A DNA stretch of 33,056 nucleotides. It comes from a virus. The notes below the pieces were generated by a model. That model ran no database searches and had not been told where the DNA came from. It saw only the letters and a list, made by a program, of their open reading frames with translations. Position numbers and translations under genes: made by a program. Below, piece by piece: positions 32,728 to 33,056 of this stretch. The DNA is taken from positions 1 to 33,056 of IMG/VR virus record IMGVR_UViG_3300045911_000146; one strand, written 5' to 3'. Position 1 is the first letter of the stretch. Each line of letters begins with the position of its first letter.

Positions 32728-33056
32728 TTAAGCGTTTATTGTTAGCACTTTTATTGGTTCCAAGCCTTGCGTTTGCGCAGGAGAATAGGCTTCAGGCTAC
32801 TAATAGCCTTATGGCTTTTGGTATGCCTGGCCCGCTTGCTGAGAAAGTAGCGGAGCTTGCTACTGGTAATGCAGTGTTTAGTAATAACACTCCACTTAGG
32901 TGGAACAATATAAGCGGAACGCCTGTTTCAATATTAAATTTAAACGCCAGTAATCAGGTAACACTAAGCCCTGACACTACGGACAACGCAGACAATGCGC
33001 TTGTTGCTATTGGTGGTGGCGGTGGTGGGGGGCTCCCTGTATCTACCTGCAACACT
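32724..33056 (+). CDS. 5' part of the wrap-around CDS (continues at base 128 of the window, ends at 631). Secreted fibre-like protein.
   Basis: ATGA overlap with the upstream stop. Sec signal peptide MIKRLLLALLLVPSLAFA|QE. The ORF is open to the contig end. Confidence 0.75.
   Translation, partial: MIKRLLLALLLVPSLAFAQENRLQATNSLMAFGMPGPLAEKVAELATGNAVFSNNTPLRWNNISGTPVSILNLNASNQVTLSPDTTDNADNALVAIGGGGGGGLPVSTCNT
32930..33056. repeat. Second copy of the 127-bp terminal self-overlap (equals 1-127).
   Basis: Exact match to the window start. Confidence 0.95.

Overview
The window is a complete phage genome assembled as a self-overlapping contig. Bases 1-127 are identical to 32930-33056, so the unique length is 32,929 bp and the molecule is circular or circularly permuted. 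One gene (32724 -> wrap -> 631) crosses the junction.

Gene content and order look like a small podovirus-type dsDNA phage of a Gram-negative host, judged from classic Sec signal peptides, lipoboxes and an SLT domain.

- Packaging and head module (+ strand, about 22.1-32.7 kb): small and large terminase, a portal with a long C-terminal coiled coil, six inserted genes including a GT4-type glycosyltransferase, then scaffold, major capsid and a strong terminator.
- Tail and ejection module (32.7 kb -> wrap -> 10.5 kb): a secreted fibre-like protein, a small lipoprotein, adaptor- and nozzle-like proteins, Q/P-rich proteins and an 815-aa protein ending in a lytic transglycosylase domain. A signal-peptide metzincin protease follows.
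- Leftward early replication and recombination operon (- strand, 11.1-15.7 kb): VRR-NUC nuclease, SF2 helicase, DUF669 SSB-like protein and an AAA_24/Sak4-like ATPase.
- Divergent control region at 15.68-15.76 kb, followed by a Cro-like HTH gene, a DUF3987-type P-loop protein, and a nested-palindrome, iteron and (ATT)13 region that I read as the origin.

I found no tRNA, CRISPR array, integrase, DNA polymerase or RNA polymerase.

The most unusual feature is in the accessory region at 18.7-19.6 kb. Two paralogous elements of about 285 and 300 bp have near-identical flanks. Each encloses 33-36 tandem copies of the hexamer GGTCGN, where N is C, T or G and never A. The arrays are open in all six frames. 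They could encode poly(Gly-Arg) or other dipeptide-repeat microproteins, or act as RNA or DNA elements. I cannot assign them to any system I know.

All functional calls come from motif recognition by eye and gene order. No database search was possible.
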